Shown: positions 1 to 13,600, counted from the stretch's first letter. The stretch is DNA of 64,000 nt from Epiperipatus broadwayi (GCA_028023455.1 JAQFVV010000009.1:9300001-9364000), one strand, 5' to 3'. Numbers and translations are program-made. Notes: generated by a model from the letters alone, not told the origin.

Positions 1-622
1 ACCATCATCATAGTTAACATATAATTTATAGAATGTAAACTTTTATTGATAATATCTTGCTTCAAATTAATCTTAATACTCATATGATATAACAGTAAAC
101 ATGATAAAAGTTTATTAATACAGAACAAACTATCATAAGTATCAATAAACAATTAAAAAGAGGGAAAAAAATTGTCTTAACTTATTTACCTCACTATCAT
201 TATTCTAAGATATAAATAATAACTAATGTTCATAGAATGATTGAAAAAATTCAGAACATTTCACTTTGACTGCTCTGTAATTATAAATTTTATTATTTGA
301 TCCAGTAATAAAAAAACACAACTTTACTTAAAATTCCTATTGTATTCATTTAAATATCATTTTATTGTAACTTCTTTCTAATAATAATTATATATCACAG
401 AATTTATCTTAAAAAAAAAATTATACATGGGTATGCGCAATATGTGAACATATGAATTATGGCTATAACTTCACATATAAGTTAGGTAAAAAAAAACATT
501 CTTTAAATTAAAACATTATAACAATGTTTTCATAAATACACATTCTTTACCAGTTTTTACAAATATGCATTGTAATATTGAAATACAAGTATAATGTATA
601 TACTTAACATAGATTGTAATTA

Positions 623-688
623 AAGGGGCTTTAAACCCAGACTTTCAAGCACTCTGTAGGGAGCATGAAAATCTGGGTTCAAATCCCC
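623..688. repeat. 66-bp mini fold-back made from a tRNA B-box-like segment, flanked by an 8-bp direct repeat
   Basis: Arms 624-647 and 666-689 are reverse complements (21/24). TGTAATTA occurs at 615-622 and 689-696. The arm TGAAAATCTGGGTTCAAATCCCCT resembles the 3' end of the element at 62170-62197. Confidence 0.7.
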
Positions 689-1066
689 TGTAATTATATA
701 TATATATTGATTAAAATGAAATTATATAGCTGATTTACACGCACACATATATAGTGATTTGACTTGGGAAATGCCAAATATAAAATAGTAATTAGCAACA
801 TTATGCTACAAATATTAATTTATGTAGATGAGAATTTTTCATGACTTAACAATATTTCTAACTACACATCTTGATAAAACAATACTTGAACCAAACCTTT
901 GATTGAATTTGTCATGTTCTAAAGAACAGCAGATCTGCAAAGTTTATCTTTATTTCCTACGATCAGTTATATAACGTTAATTGACTTGAGATATAAATAT
1001 TTCAGCATCTTATATCTTTGATTTTCCAATTCATATGGAGTTACATAATATGTATGATATATACAG

Positions 1067-1215
1067 GGGACCAGATTTGAACTAAGCCAGCCGTATACTC
1101 ATTAAATTATTTTAGAAATAATACACAAAGTTTTAAACTTAATTAGGGACCAAATTTGAACTAAGCCAGCTGTATAGTCATTAAATTATTTTAGAAATAA
1201 TACACAGTTTTAATT
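1067..1215 (+). repeat. Tandem duplication, two copies with a 79-bp period
   Basis: GGGACCA(G/A)ATTTGAACTAAGCCAGC...ATTAAATTATTTTAGAAATAATACACA starts at 1067 and again at 1146. Confidence 0.9.
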
Positions 1216-2199
1216 AATTTATTACTCAGAATATATAATATTAGCAGATTATTAGTATTTCAACTAATGGTTTGCTGACTAAATTCCACAAATTAACTTA
1301 GTCTTAATCATGCATAGTTCTTTACACGGTTGAACTATAAACAGCATATTTTTATTACAGTATTTTATTTTATTAAATCTTCTTCATTAACATTTCACTA
1401 TAATGCTCTCTTCAGCACATTGCACTGCTCATGCCAATTTTGCAAGCACTGTTCTGCTAGTGCACACATTACACACTGAACTGCTTTCATATTTCTAGAT
1501 AATTAGCATTATTTTCCTTTGTATATATTGTGCATATTATTTTTTTTCTAGAGTGAATCTTCAATATTTTTTATATTAACTAATTTTAAATGCACAGACA
1601 GTTTTTAGTCAATATATAACAATTTCTCCCTTCACTCTAGAAATAGGATAAAGTTGAATTATATATGTAATTTTCTAACCTTGCAGGTTTTCTAATCACT
1701 GTAGATTTTCTAGACAAAAGTCTCTTTTTTTAAAAGAAAAGCCTTTCTTCTTTACATTGCAATTATCTAATTTTACATGTTCATACTCATGCAACTTTAT
1801 TTTTCTTTTATACAGTTTTTAGACAATATATAATAATGTATATTTTTAAAAGCACATAAGTTCTATCTGCATTTGTAATATCATATATGAATGCTTATCA
1901 AAATTTATTTTTAATCATAAAGATTGCCTGATTACCAGTATTCATCTGTTGTTTGATTATGATCATTTTGTTGTATACACCCCTTAATTAATAAATCAAC
2001 CCATTATCTCATAGTTTTGTAACCCATATTATATCAGATAAAACAAATCAACCTATGTTTACTTAATATTCAATTGATTCTTTAGTTAAAGAACATGGGC
2101 TTCTCCTATATATGTCCCTCCCTTTATAAAACAGTATTCTGATTTACAGCAACAACTATTAGCTGATAATGATATAAATTATAATGAAACTATAAAATG

Positions 2200-5100
2200 T
2201 GGAATAGCTTACAAACTACTTCTCAAGTAATCTCGTAAGTTTGCAGACTTTAAGGGAAATGGTAACATGCAAACTGAGATTTGAAAAACGCATAAGCCAA
2301 GCAAGAAAGAATAAACTGAATTCAAAAACAGTAATGGTTGCAGGGTAAATCTATTTATTTGTTTTAGTTGTGGGGAAAATGCCACAAGGCTAGCAAATGT
2401 TTTCTCAAGGAGGAATGCTGCAAGATTTGTAAGAAAAAAAGTTATATCAAAATGATGTGTAAAAATAAAAACAATTAACCTTGTAAAAACAGAGATAGTC
2501 ATAAGTGTACACATAATAGTCAAGAAAATCGATTAGTCAATATAAAAATATATCCATATCCGAAAATTGTGTGACCAGCCCATATCTATGAAAGTCGATA
2601 TCAGGAGCAGTATATACCTGATCTCAGTCCGGAAATGGTTATTTGTAATAGAATCTTAGTCCAGGAATGGTTATTTATAATAGAAAATTGTACAAAACCC
2701 CCAGTAATAGAGAAAACTAAATTAAAAACCCTGGACGTAAATGAAAAAACAATTAAAATTAAAGAAGTTAAAGCTCTTGTATAGAGAATAGAGGGAAAGG
2801 TAATTGAGTTATCTCTATATTTCATTTATGCTCTAATTAACTCACTAATTGGGCGGGACTGATCCAAAAAATTGGACATAAAATTCACATTCATAAAAAA
2901 GATTAAAATAGAAATGTAAATGAGAGACAAATTTCCTAATTGTTTACTGGGGAACTGGGTAAAATCAAAATGACACGTGTTTCATGAGAGATAATCCCTG
3001 AAGCAAAGCCCATAATCTACAAACTGCGCAAGGTTCCGTTCACTCAGAAAGAAAGAATAGAGAATGAAATTAATGAATTAGTTAAGAGAGGCATGTTAGA
3101 ACCCACAGAAAAATCTGATTGGGCTACCCCATTAGTAATTATTACTAAACCCAATGGACAAATTCATTTGTATGGAGACTATTGGGTACTGATAAACAAA
3201 GCTATTAGTAAAAATGCATACCCTGTTTTCAATATTAAAGAAATAATAGTGTCACTGCAGAAATCAATTTTTTTTTTGCAAAAACAGATTTAAATGCTGC
3301 TTTCAACCAGATACTGATCCCTGAGAAAGTCATGGAAATATTAACATTAACCACATACACAGATTTACTTATATGCAACAGGCTTCTGTTTGAGATAACT
3401 TCTGCCCCAGTATCTTTCAGTCAAAAATTGAACACCCCCCCCCCTTAATGGAATTGAGAGTATCATTCCATTTTTTTGATATTCTTCAGAAAACAAACTT
3501 AAAATTTGTCTATTTATGGTATGCAAAAAACTCGATGTAACTGGGTCAAAGCTTAACACCCAAGATGTATCTGGAAGGCTCGTGAAATTGTTTTTAGGCC
3601 ATATCATTTCAAAAAATGGCACTGTTCTGCCCCAGAAAAGGCTAAATCCATAGAAGCCCCAAAACCTAATAACATTAAGCAATTACAAGCTTTTCTAGGA
3701 TTCATAAATTATTTGGAAAATTTTATGGGAGATAAAGCCCATGTAGCCAGACCCTTATATGATCTACTTAAAAAGAACCAGAAGTGGAAATGGTAATTAA
3801 AGCAAGAGCAAGTGTTTTTGCACACAAAGTCACTGCTAACTTAAAAAAAAATACTTGTTCATTATAATAGTCATTTCGAAGTTACTCTTATGATTGATGC
3901 ATCTAAATTTGGAGTCAGACCAGTATTATGAGACCCCAAACAGTCAGATGAATGACTTCATTGCCTTTGCTTTGTGTACTTATCCAAAGTGCAGAAAAAT
4001 TATAATTAGCTGGACAAGGAAGCTCCTGTGATATTATTTGATATTTGAAAATTTCATCACTACTTGTACAAACTTAGATTTACTATAATAATTGATTATA
4101 AACTCTTACTTGTAATTTTAGGAAACAAACAGATTCCCAAACATCTTAGCTTTCACATGATAAGATGAATTAGCATTCTGGCAAATTATGACATATATAT
4201 ATACTAGAATATAGGAAGGGAACACAAATAGCCTGACCAGAAAGAGACCTATCAAAAGGGAAATTAACTATAATGATGTGCTCAAGAATCAAATTCTTAA
4301 TAGCAAAATAGTATCCAAGTAGAGAGATGAGAACAAGAGCTATTAATGGATTATGAATTGAATTCATACTGATTGGCCAAATCATCATCCAACTTTCCTT
4401 CACAAAGGACTATGGAATGCTCATGAGAAATTATTTGTCTGCAAAGGATATATTCTAATAAGTGATTGCATGTTAATCCCAGTAAGGGGTACAAATCAAA
4501 ATTTGAAGTATTGCATGAAGGTCATCATCAGAGCAAAGGTATTCACCCATAGTTATGTCTGGTGGTTGAACATTAACAGTGATATTGAAAATTATATTTA
4601 AAAATGCAGTAACTGCCAATCATGTGCTAAAGCACCATCCCAAAGTTTGAAGCCTGGACAAAAGCAGAGAGACCATGGCAATGCGATCCACATCGATCAC
4701 TGTGGAACAATTAATGGACATTTATTCTTTGTAGTGATTGATGCATATGCAGGTTGGGCCAAATATAAAATAGTTAAAAATATTAATTTGGAGACACTTG
4801 ATAAATTTACATAAAAAAATTTCATACCATGGTTTTCCTAAAACCTTAGTTTCAGATAATGAAACTGACTTTGCATCAGAGAAGTTAGAGGAGGCTATGC
4901 AAGAATGGGGTACAAAATACTTATTCATGTTCCCATACTATCCTCAATCTATTGGCCAAAAAAAACATTCAAAATAAGTCATCCATTCTCAAAATGGGTA
5001 AAACAAGAATACAAGAAGCAATCTTTACTACACTGCTTTATCAGCATTCGACTCCAGTTGCCAATTCTGGAAAATCACTGGCTGAAGTATATTTAGGTCA

Positions 5101-5470
5101 AAAACTGCATACTAACAAGCATTGTATCCACTCCACAGAGGATCTTAAGGAACATACTGAGAGTATCTGTAAGTTTGCACCTGATGAAAAATACCAATAA
5201 TAAAGTATTAAACACAAGACTGAGTTTACCCACATTGATGAAGACCAACTACATGTACCAGAGGAAGAAACAACAAGTAAAGTTGAGATAAATCCACCTC
5301 AATGAGCTAGAAGAAAAAGAAAGATTCTGAAGTATCTTTGTGATTTTATATTAAATCCAGACAGAAAAAAAATCTCTATACTTGGGGGAAATATGTTATG
5401 TATGTGGCTGTATGTTCAAATACTTACACGTAAAATGTTATCCTGAAGGTTTGTGATGATGGTGTTTAGT
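2200..5470 (+). mobile_element. Degenerate Ty3/gypsy LTR retrotransposon (gag-PR-RT-RH-IN order, Mag-like double zinc knuckle), with many stops and frameshifts
   Basis: Hand translation across frameshifts. Gag: CFSCGEN/HKASKC..CKICKKK.YIKMMC (~2355-2470). Protease: VD(S)GAV (~2590-2615) and LIGRD (~2845). RT: KVPF..KERIENEINELVKRGMLEPTEKSDWATPLV...GDY (~3030-3185). RNase H: IDASKFGV (~3890). Integrase: LHEGH, CSNC, HIDHCG..FVVIDAY (~4510-4750). A polypurine tract at 5384-5391 is followed by TGTTATG at 5394 (probable 3' LTR start). No 5' LTR was found. Confidence 0.92.
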
Positions 5471-5472
5471 TA

Positions 5473-6591
5473 TATTTTTATATTGGATTATTTCCATGAT
5501 CTAATATAAGTATTGAATGTTTTTTAAATGATTTAACTTTATTTAAATATTCCAAATACATTCAACAGTTAGTAATAGCACATCAAACAGATTAGTATAT
5601 GCACAACATTTCAAGAGGTATAATTCTCCCCTCTTCTTCATGTGTTCCTGATCTGACCAGTAACAGAACTAGCATGGGATTCAAACTTGGATCCTAAGAA
5701 TCTTTAGTATTGAATTTTAAGGCAACACTCTAACCAACTGAGCCATCCTGCCAAAGGCAATAGGCAGTAGAAATTTCATATACTTATCTATGAGGTTCCT
5801 TCTGATTTCTCCACTTTTTCCTAAGAGTAAAGTTGATTAGTGGTTTCCATATATTATGTATAGTAACACTAGGTTGGCTTATGGGATTGTTTACCATTTT
5901 CATGTGAGCAGCTTCTTTACATTTTTTTCCTGGTACCTTTTCTTCTCTATCCAATATTTTTGTATTTTCCAATTGAACATATGTTCATTGGCACATACAT
6001 GGTCTGCTACCTTAGACACATCTGTTTTTTCTCTTATAATCATCAGTTTGTGTTCTTGCAAGTGCTTTTCAATGGGACAACTGCTATCACCAATATATGT
6101 TCTTCCACAATCACATGGTATTTCATAAATGCAGTTTTTTCTTTTCAGTATTTCAAGTTTAGGCTTTGTAGATGTTAGAATTCCTTGTAGTATGGTATGA
6201 CTCTGGAGAGTTGTATTGATATTATATTGATTACAGATTTTCCTTAATTTGTCTGCTATTTTTGGAATATTACTACAGTACCAATAATTGTCTTTTCTCT
6301 TGATGGTTCTTTCTGTTGTCTATTTAACGTTTTTTTTAATAACAGTTGATGGATAACCATTTTTCATAAGAGTTGTTCTATATAGATCTTTTCTTTTTTC
6401 AAATGGTTGGTTTCTGAACAAACTTCTTTTGCTCTGTTTCATAGTGATATACTCCATGTTTTGTGTTTTTGGTGTGATTTGATGTATAGGCTAGGTATTT
6501 TTCTGTATGTGTGGGTATTCGGTAAACTGTAGTTTTGATTTTTCCATGAAGGAGTCTTATCAAAAAAAACATCTAAGAATGCCAACATAAC
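5473..6591 (-). mobile_element. Penelope-like element family A, inverted 5'-truncated copy (RT thumb, GIY-YIG and terminal region)
   Basis: Reverse complement of 6853-7960 along its whole length. ORF 5784-5972 gives NTKILDREEK..K.KEAAHM, a PLE GIY-YIG C-terminus. Confidence 0.92.
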
Positions 6592-7688
6592 ACAGAATTC
6601 TGCCAACAAAATCAAGAAATGGCTATGGTCTCACCATTGTCTCTCCTGATTAGCAATATTTACATGGAAGAACTTGAAACCTTAGTCATAAAAACTACTC
6701 CATATCTATCTAAAGTTTTGCTTCACTATGTGGATGGTACATTTGTTGTATGGCACATGGCAGAGTACTTCTACAAACTTTCCGAAAACACATCAACAAC
6801 ATATCCTATTCAATTAAATTCACAACAGAATCAGAACAAGAACAAAATTTGACATTCTTAGATGTTCTTGTAACAAGATTACCTCATGGCAAAATCAAAA
6901 TTAGTTTACCAAAAACCTACACATACAGGAAAATACCTAGCCTATACATTCAATCACACCAGAAACACAAAACATGGAGTTATACTATCAGTGTGGAACA
7001 GAGCAAAAGAAGTTTGTTCAGAAACCAGTGATTTGAAAAAAGAAAAGATCATATTAGAATAAATTCTTATGAAAAATAGTTACCCATCAGCTGTTATTAA
7101 GAAAATGTTAAATAGACAACAAAAAGAACCCTCAAGAGAAAAGACAATTATTGGTACTGTAGTGTATGCATACATTCCAAAAATAGAAGACTAATTAAGG
7201 AAAATCTGCAACCAGTATAACATCAGAAAAGCTGTCCAGAACCATACTACACTATGAGGAACTCTAACATCTACAAAGCCTAAACTTGAAATGCTGAAAA
7301 GAAAAAACTGCATCTATGAAATACCATGTGAATGTAAAAAGAAAATATATTGGTGAGACCAGTTGTCCCATTGAAAAGTGTTTGCAAGAACACAAACTGA
7401 TGATTACAAGAAAAAACAGATGTGTCTAAGGTAGCAAATCGTGTATGTGCCAATGAACATATGTTCAATTGGGTAAATACAAAAATATTGGATAGAGAAA
7501 AAAGTACAAAAAAGAAAATTTAAAGAAGCTGCTCACATGACAATGGCAAAAAAATCCCATAAGCCAACCTAGTATGACTATACATAATGTATGGAAACCA
7601 CTAATCAACTTTGCTTTTAGGAAAAGGTAAAGAAATCAGGAGGAACTTCATAGATAAGTATATGAAATTTCTACTGACTATTCCCTTT

Positions 7689-7768
7689 GGCAGGATAGCT
7701 CAGTTGGTTAGAGTGTTACCTTACAATTCAATACTCAAGAATGGTCCAGGTTCAAATTCCATGCTAGT
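7689..7768 (+). promoter_or_regulatory. tRNA-like segment (Pol III A and B boxes) in the PLE-A 3' terminal region; not a functional tRNA
   Basis: GGCAGGATAGCTCAGTTGGTTAGAG (A box) and GGTTCAAATTCC (B box). The anticodon region is non-canonical. Homologues occur at 5668-5752 (-) and 23806-23885 (+). Confidence 0.75.
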
Positions 7769-7789
7769 ACTGACACTGATCAGGGCAAC

Positions 7790-7833
7790 AACACTCGAAG
7801 AAGAGGGGAGAATACCTTTCGAAACATTGTGCA
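7790..7833 (+). ncRNA. Degenerate hammerhead ribozyme motif in the PLE-A terminus
   Basis: Three copies (5601-5646 -, 7790-7833 +, 23914-23958 +) give the consensus ACAC-CTGAAGA-A-GAGG-loop-CCTC-TY-GAAAC-GTT-GTG. GAAATGTT and GAAACATT are the two CpG-decay products of palindromic AACGTT. Each copy has a core or stem-I lesion. Confidence 0.65.
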
Positions 7834-8485
7834 TATACTAACCTGTTTGATGTGTTATTACTAATAGTTGAATGTATTTGAAATATTTAAATAAAGTTAA
7901 ATTTTTCTAAAGACATTCAATACACATATTAGATGATGGAAATAGTCCAATATAAAAATACAATTTATTATTATTATTGTTTATGGTATTGTTTTCAGTT
8001 CTACGTGTTATTTTCAATGCAATGATTTTTATGTTTTTTTAGACCTGAACTTTTGTCTTTAAGTCAGTACATTGATTATGAAATTTCCTATTCAAATATT
8101 AAATTGCCGATTGTTTTCTTTTAATTCTATCACTGATAATGCATTTATTAGCAGAAAATAAGATCTTTTTAAAATAAAATATTAAAGAAGAGACTTATTT
8201 ATATCTGCAATATACTCTTTAAGACAAGTCCATGCCTTAGTAATATGATCAGCTATTAAATCCAAAGTGTCAGTTTTAATTTTCATCAGTTTTTGAAATT
8301 TAGTATCAACAAGTGGTTTTTTTTTTTTTTAAAAAAAAATAAACTTCAATTTTTTTGGTGATATATTTACAATAGGATCCAATTTTAATAGCACAATTAT
8401 TTTAATCTTAAAGAATAATAATCTATCTAACATGCACCTGTAAATGCTTGTGTAATATCTACAATAATAAAATAATTAATCAGAT

Positions 8486-8900
8486 ATCACTGCATGATTA
8501 TCACTTCTTATGTTTACACAAAACTGTTGAAATAATAGCAGCCCATATAGTAGGAGTATCTAGTGCAAGCCATAGCAATCAATGCATAATAGTGAAAGAA
8601 AATTCCTATCTTGTGCCTACTCATCCAAAGTCCCCAAACTAGTTTCTAGCTTGTGATCTTCTCCATTAAAAAGCCAATGACTTAGAGAACTACTAGATCT
8701 TTGTTGGAATCTAATGCAACCTCCCAGAAGTCACCTTTACTTTTTTAATTAACTATAAAACAATAAGTCCCAAATAAAAACATGTCTTCAATCCAACAGA
8801 TCTGAACATAGTTCACTATCTATACATTTTGGTGTCTTCAAGATTTTAACCATAATCACCAGTACCCTTTGACCAGGATTGATATAACATGATCACCATT
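8486..8900 (-). repeat. Diverged, roughly full-length monomer of HHR family 2; catalytic core decayed
   Basis: Colinear with 50042-50480 (CCTATCT.GTGCCTACTCATCCAA..TCCCCAAACTAGTTTCT.GCTTGTG; CTAATGCAA.CTCC; GATCTGAAC). The CTGATGA core is lost. Confidence 0.75.
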
Positions 8901-10389
8901 ATTTAGATTCACACAAAACTATTGAAACAACAGCACAGTAGTGCTATTTGGAAAACAATAGTTTATAGATTTGATTTATTTTCTTTAAGGAAAACCTCAT
9001 TTGCTATAAGTATTGTGAATGTTAACAATAGCAATTAATTATAAAGCTGGTCAACTTTTAAAATATGAAATATTTGTCTGTTGATGAAATGAAGTTTCAA
9101 AAATATATAAAGGTCTATTAATTATATAAATTGACATCTATCATAATAATAAAAAACTCATCTATGAAGAAATTAATAAAATGGATAAATATCTGATACA
9201 TAATGACTTAAGAAAAATTACTATTAAGGGTTTTATAATACATATATTTCTAAATCAATAATTATTGTCAAAATGCACATATACATTAAGAAAATAATCA
9301 TTATAACTACATCTGGCTTATTATGGTATATGAAAATCTAAATTATTGCTAAATCCATCAAGTTTATTGCTTTTGCTTCTTGAAATTTATTGAAGAGGTA
9401 GCTACCTTTGTCCATTTTATAGTGTAAATTTCTGAGCAACCAGTTGAGTCTTCTTTGTAGGTTGGATTTATAAGGTCAGTTTTCCAAGGATTTATGATTT
9501 TACATATGAGATGATGATGATTCAGTTTAGAGCATGGAGTTCATTTTGATGAGATGCCTAGCCAAGCTTATTTTGAAGATCACCACTAAAAATAATCTCT
9601 CATCTTATTTTACTACTGCAGGCTGCTTGTCACAAACTGTTGATGAGTATCAGTAATTTTGATGAGAGCTGGCAAGTGTGGCTTATCTCAAAGAATGAAG
9701 AACCCAGTGTCCGCAATATGATCTTGACTAGTAGAGTAGGAAAAACTGATGAATGAATCAATTAATCTCAATGAAAGAATCTAATAGAATCTACTAAATA
9801 AATCAATAAATATATTAATGAATAAGTAAACAATAGATTTTGGGGAGCTTTTATACACATTCAGTCTATTCTTCTCCCACACAAATTTTCTAGATTAACA
9901 TTTTTTTACATTTCATACTAATTAATTCCATTACATATCTTATCTGAACAATGATTAACTTTTAGATTTTATTATTACAAAGGACTATATTTTTTTGAGG
10001 TTAAGCAAAAATAATCTTATATAAAAGATAAAAAATTTATTTACAAAGTTTATTTTTAAAAAAAAAAGCATTACTTTTAGAAAATAAAATTATTTTACCA
10101 ATTTGTGGGTGTGCATGTATATATATGCAATTCTACTTCTAAAACTCATATTTGATATATTAACAAATCCCCTCTTGGTCTAATACATATTTGAAACATA
10201 GAAAAGCTTCTGTTTCAATGACGCCTTACGCAACAAAAAAAAATAATGAAATTTTCATTTCTTTTTTACATTTCATTTTTAAACATTTAAAATTTGGATA
10301 CAATAAAATTAAAATTTTCTGACCATTTACCCTGTCAGCTGTCTACTGAATTTTACTACTTTCAACTAATTTATTTCTATTGAGTGTTT

Positions 10390-11500
10390 ACAGTAGATCC
10401 AACTTTTTTACATGTCCTTTATCTAGACATTCTTTTTTCTTTTTAACTATTTTAATTTGGTCTGTTGATAATATGCTCACACTACTGAGTTGATATTGAT
10501 CTTTCTCCTGTTTATATATTTCCAGCTTAGCCAAGTTCTGGCCATTCACTAACCTATCATACTCATTTGAAAAGGCCTTAATTACTTCCAGAAAAACTAA
10601 ATATTTTAATTGGATCAAATTTGACTTTATGGCCCACATTCATGGCTTATGATTAAATTCTCTAATATCAACTTTACTATTCCACAATTTCACATTCTTC
10701 ATTACTGTTATTTTAAGTAATGGTATGGGGGATATTGGCAAACTTCCTTAGTTTGCTCATCCCACTAATGTGGCATCTTTTTATCATTTCCTGAAAATTA
10801 TTAACTTTTATATCTGGGTCTTTAAGAATGTATATATTAGCAATCATATTAAAGAACTTATGGAAATAGATGACAAATCTTCATCCAGCAGTTCTTCATA
10901 TGTTTGAAATTTTCTTTCCATATGCCGAACTTGTTTATTCATTTCAGTTATCCTGAAATTCTTTCATAATTCAGATACAAATACTCCTTATCATGTTTTT
11001 CTTTTATTATTTCTGTCCTGAAAACTTTTTATTATTTTTCATTAGTAACAACTTTTTTTATCTGCTCTTTTATACTTTCAGATCTTAACTCCTCCTTAAT
11101 TTCACTAATATCATCTTTCACTACCATTACATGATCTATTTCCTCAATTTGTACTCGAATTTTTCTCTACTGTCTCTATTACCTTCTGATTTTTATCTAC
11201 TTATCCCTTATCTCTTACTTCATTTCTTTCATATCTTTTTTTAAATCCAGTTCAATTTCTTTTATCATTTCTTTCATTTCCAACATTATTGCCTGCTGAC
11301 CATGTCTCATTTCCAATATCACACTCATCAGCACTTGCATTTTCATAGGTTTATTTACATTTTTGACTATCTCAGGATTTTTGAACAAAATAGGGCACCC
11401 TTTCCTCTGTGCTACCCCCTCAATTATAAAATCACCACTTTGTTTATTATATTCCATATTTAGAATTGATAAACTATTCATATATTTTCAAATAACTTAG
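10390..11500 (-). pseudogene. Possible decayed LINE ORF1-like sequence (coiled coil plus C-terminal domain)
   Basis: ORF 11215-11481 ends in an E/K/M-rich heptad-like stretch. ORF 10388-10639 (F.NEYDR.V..N..KL) loosely resembles CR1/L2-group ORF1 C-termini. Recognition is weak and from memory. Confidence 0.35.
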
Positions 11501-12699
11501 TATTCTGTTTTATACACAAATTTAAGCTACTAATTCTTTTTCTTATGCTTTAAAATGTTAATTTCTTTTATATATAATTATTTTATAAATAACAATTCAT
11601 TAATGATGAACCCCAACCTGAAACCATTCTCCAATTCCACCCATATAATTACTAGCAATGACTCACCTCTTATTTTTTTACATCTTAATTTTTCCAACCT
11701 GTAAAGCATATTCCTATCATTAATATTCAACCTAATCTAGAGCAAAACAAGACTTTAATATATTTATTTAGTTTGGTAGAAGAAATGATAATTAATCCTT
11801 GATTTTAAAACAATATTTGTGATTTTAAAAATTATTATTTACCTTTTATGTAAAAGAATTATTAAATAAAATACATTTTTTCTAAGACAGGCTGAATAAG
11901 TTTTTAGTTTTAATTTTATTTCTATTTTTTTTATACTGAAGACCACCTCATTTATTTACATAAAGGTGTTTTTTGAAGCCATCTTCAGGATCATATTTTA
12001 AATTGCCTACATATTATTTATTATAATGAGTTTAGAAAGAAATATCAATCTTGTGACTGTTACCACAATTAACCAAATATTTACAAATGTTTATAAATAA
12101 AAAATAATATTTTAATAGTAAAACACATATGTTTTTAATTACAGTAATTTAAAAACATAACTCTCATAAGATATAATTTTTAAGTGTAAATCATGCACAA
12201 GGTTAAAAAATCATTTAAAAATAATGCCAAATGGTAACTCAATACTCAAATAAAAAAAACTATATATGGTAATTTGGGGAAATGAAATATGAAATTAACA
12301 TCCATTTCATTAATGTCCAAAACTCTATTGTGAAAGTTCTAAGTATAATATATAATACAAAATTATCAAATCAAATAAATTATTTAAGGCAGTTATTTTT
12401 GAATTATCTACCAGCTCAGTAATACAAACAAAGTTAGAGAAAACAGGAAATCATGGTTGTAGATTACATTTTTCTCAAGAAAGTAAAGGTTTAGCTAGAA
12501 ACAATCATATTTTTCTTAGCTCATTTTTATAATGCAAAAGTTTAAGAAATTAGTTATAAGTGTAATTTTGTATTATTATGACCTTTGGCATTAGTTTTAT
12601 AATATAGATAATTTACATAAGCATTAATTGAGCTATACAATTGAGAAGAGTTGTTTTCAATAATCTGTTCATTGATTACAACAAATGCTATTCAGAAAA

Positions 12700-13600
12700 T
12701 GGATGAACTAAAGCACCCCATTGTTTTAATCTGATAAATAGATTAATTTAATTTAATTACAGTTAAAATTACATTTATGATGAAACAAACTCTATTTAAA
12801 TTGGAAAAGGTGCTGGATAGTATTAGACATTGCCAATCTATTAAACATGTATTGAGGTGAACTAGATGGAAAAAATCTTTAATTTATATAAATATCACTC
12901 TTACTGTTGAAAATGGAGATGACTTAAATAAAAATATGGGATTACAGCTTAATACAAAGAAAATAAAAGATTATGACAAATAAAGTTGGCAGATGACTAA
13001 ATTGATGGTGAAGACATAGAAGATGGCCTTTGAATTATCCATCAATAGCAAAAGATTCAATAATCAAAAAGATTATTGTAGAAAGATATTGGACAAAATA
13101 TCAATAAATACATTATATGGTAAAGATTTTTGAACATGGAGAAGTTTTAAAAACAATTTTTAAGAAAATGGTAAAAACAAACAATAAAATCATGGGATTA
13201 CAGCTAAATATAAAGATTACAATGACAGAAAATAATGCTTATTTTGAAAATGATGAATGTTATGATCACTTAGATCATTTATCAACAATGAAAAATCTGT
13301 ATGACAAAAGATTAATAGCCAACACTAAGTGTTTTTATAAAAAGTCTGAAAAAAGATATGTTAAGTGTAGAATAAGATTTTTAAAATATTGTGAGCAACA
13401 AAGAATATTAAGTAGTAAGTATATGAACAGATTATATCTGAACTTTCATTTGAAGAGGAAATGATCAGATTGAAATTATTTTTTATTGGTCTTAGCATGA
13501 AATTTTATAATTTATTAATATATATATAATAATATGGAAAAAAAGAGCAACAATGAGATGAATATATGTATAACACTCAGAATAAAATGACCAATAATGA
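12700..13600 (+). pseudogene. Decayed RTE-type LINE reverse transcriptase C-terminal fragment
   Basis: The MGLQLN(T/I)K(K)I motif occurs twice (~12935 and ~13191), and IDGEDIE at ~13000 is typical of RTE RT after the catalytic motif. Confidence 0.45.

Larger units (their letters stand above)
6602..7960 (+). mobile_element. Penelope-like element family A (Penelope/Poseidon type), 5'-truncated RT + GIY-YIG endonuclease pseudogene with terminal repeat region
   Basis: RT motifs: MAM(G)SPLS.LISNIYMEELE, YVDGTFVVW (YVDD-equivalent), IKFTTESEQEQNLTFLDVLV. Endonuclease (frameshifted): NCIYEIPCEC..YIGET..EHK..HMFNWVNTKILDRE..KFKEAAHM. No Neptune-type Cys linker was seen. Confidence 0.93.

Noticed and set aside
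7689-7768. Functional tRNA gene
   Set aside because: The anticodon/variable region is non-canonical, and the segment is embedded in a repeat present in three diverged copies.
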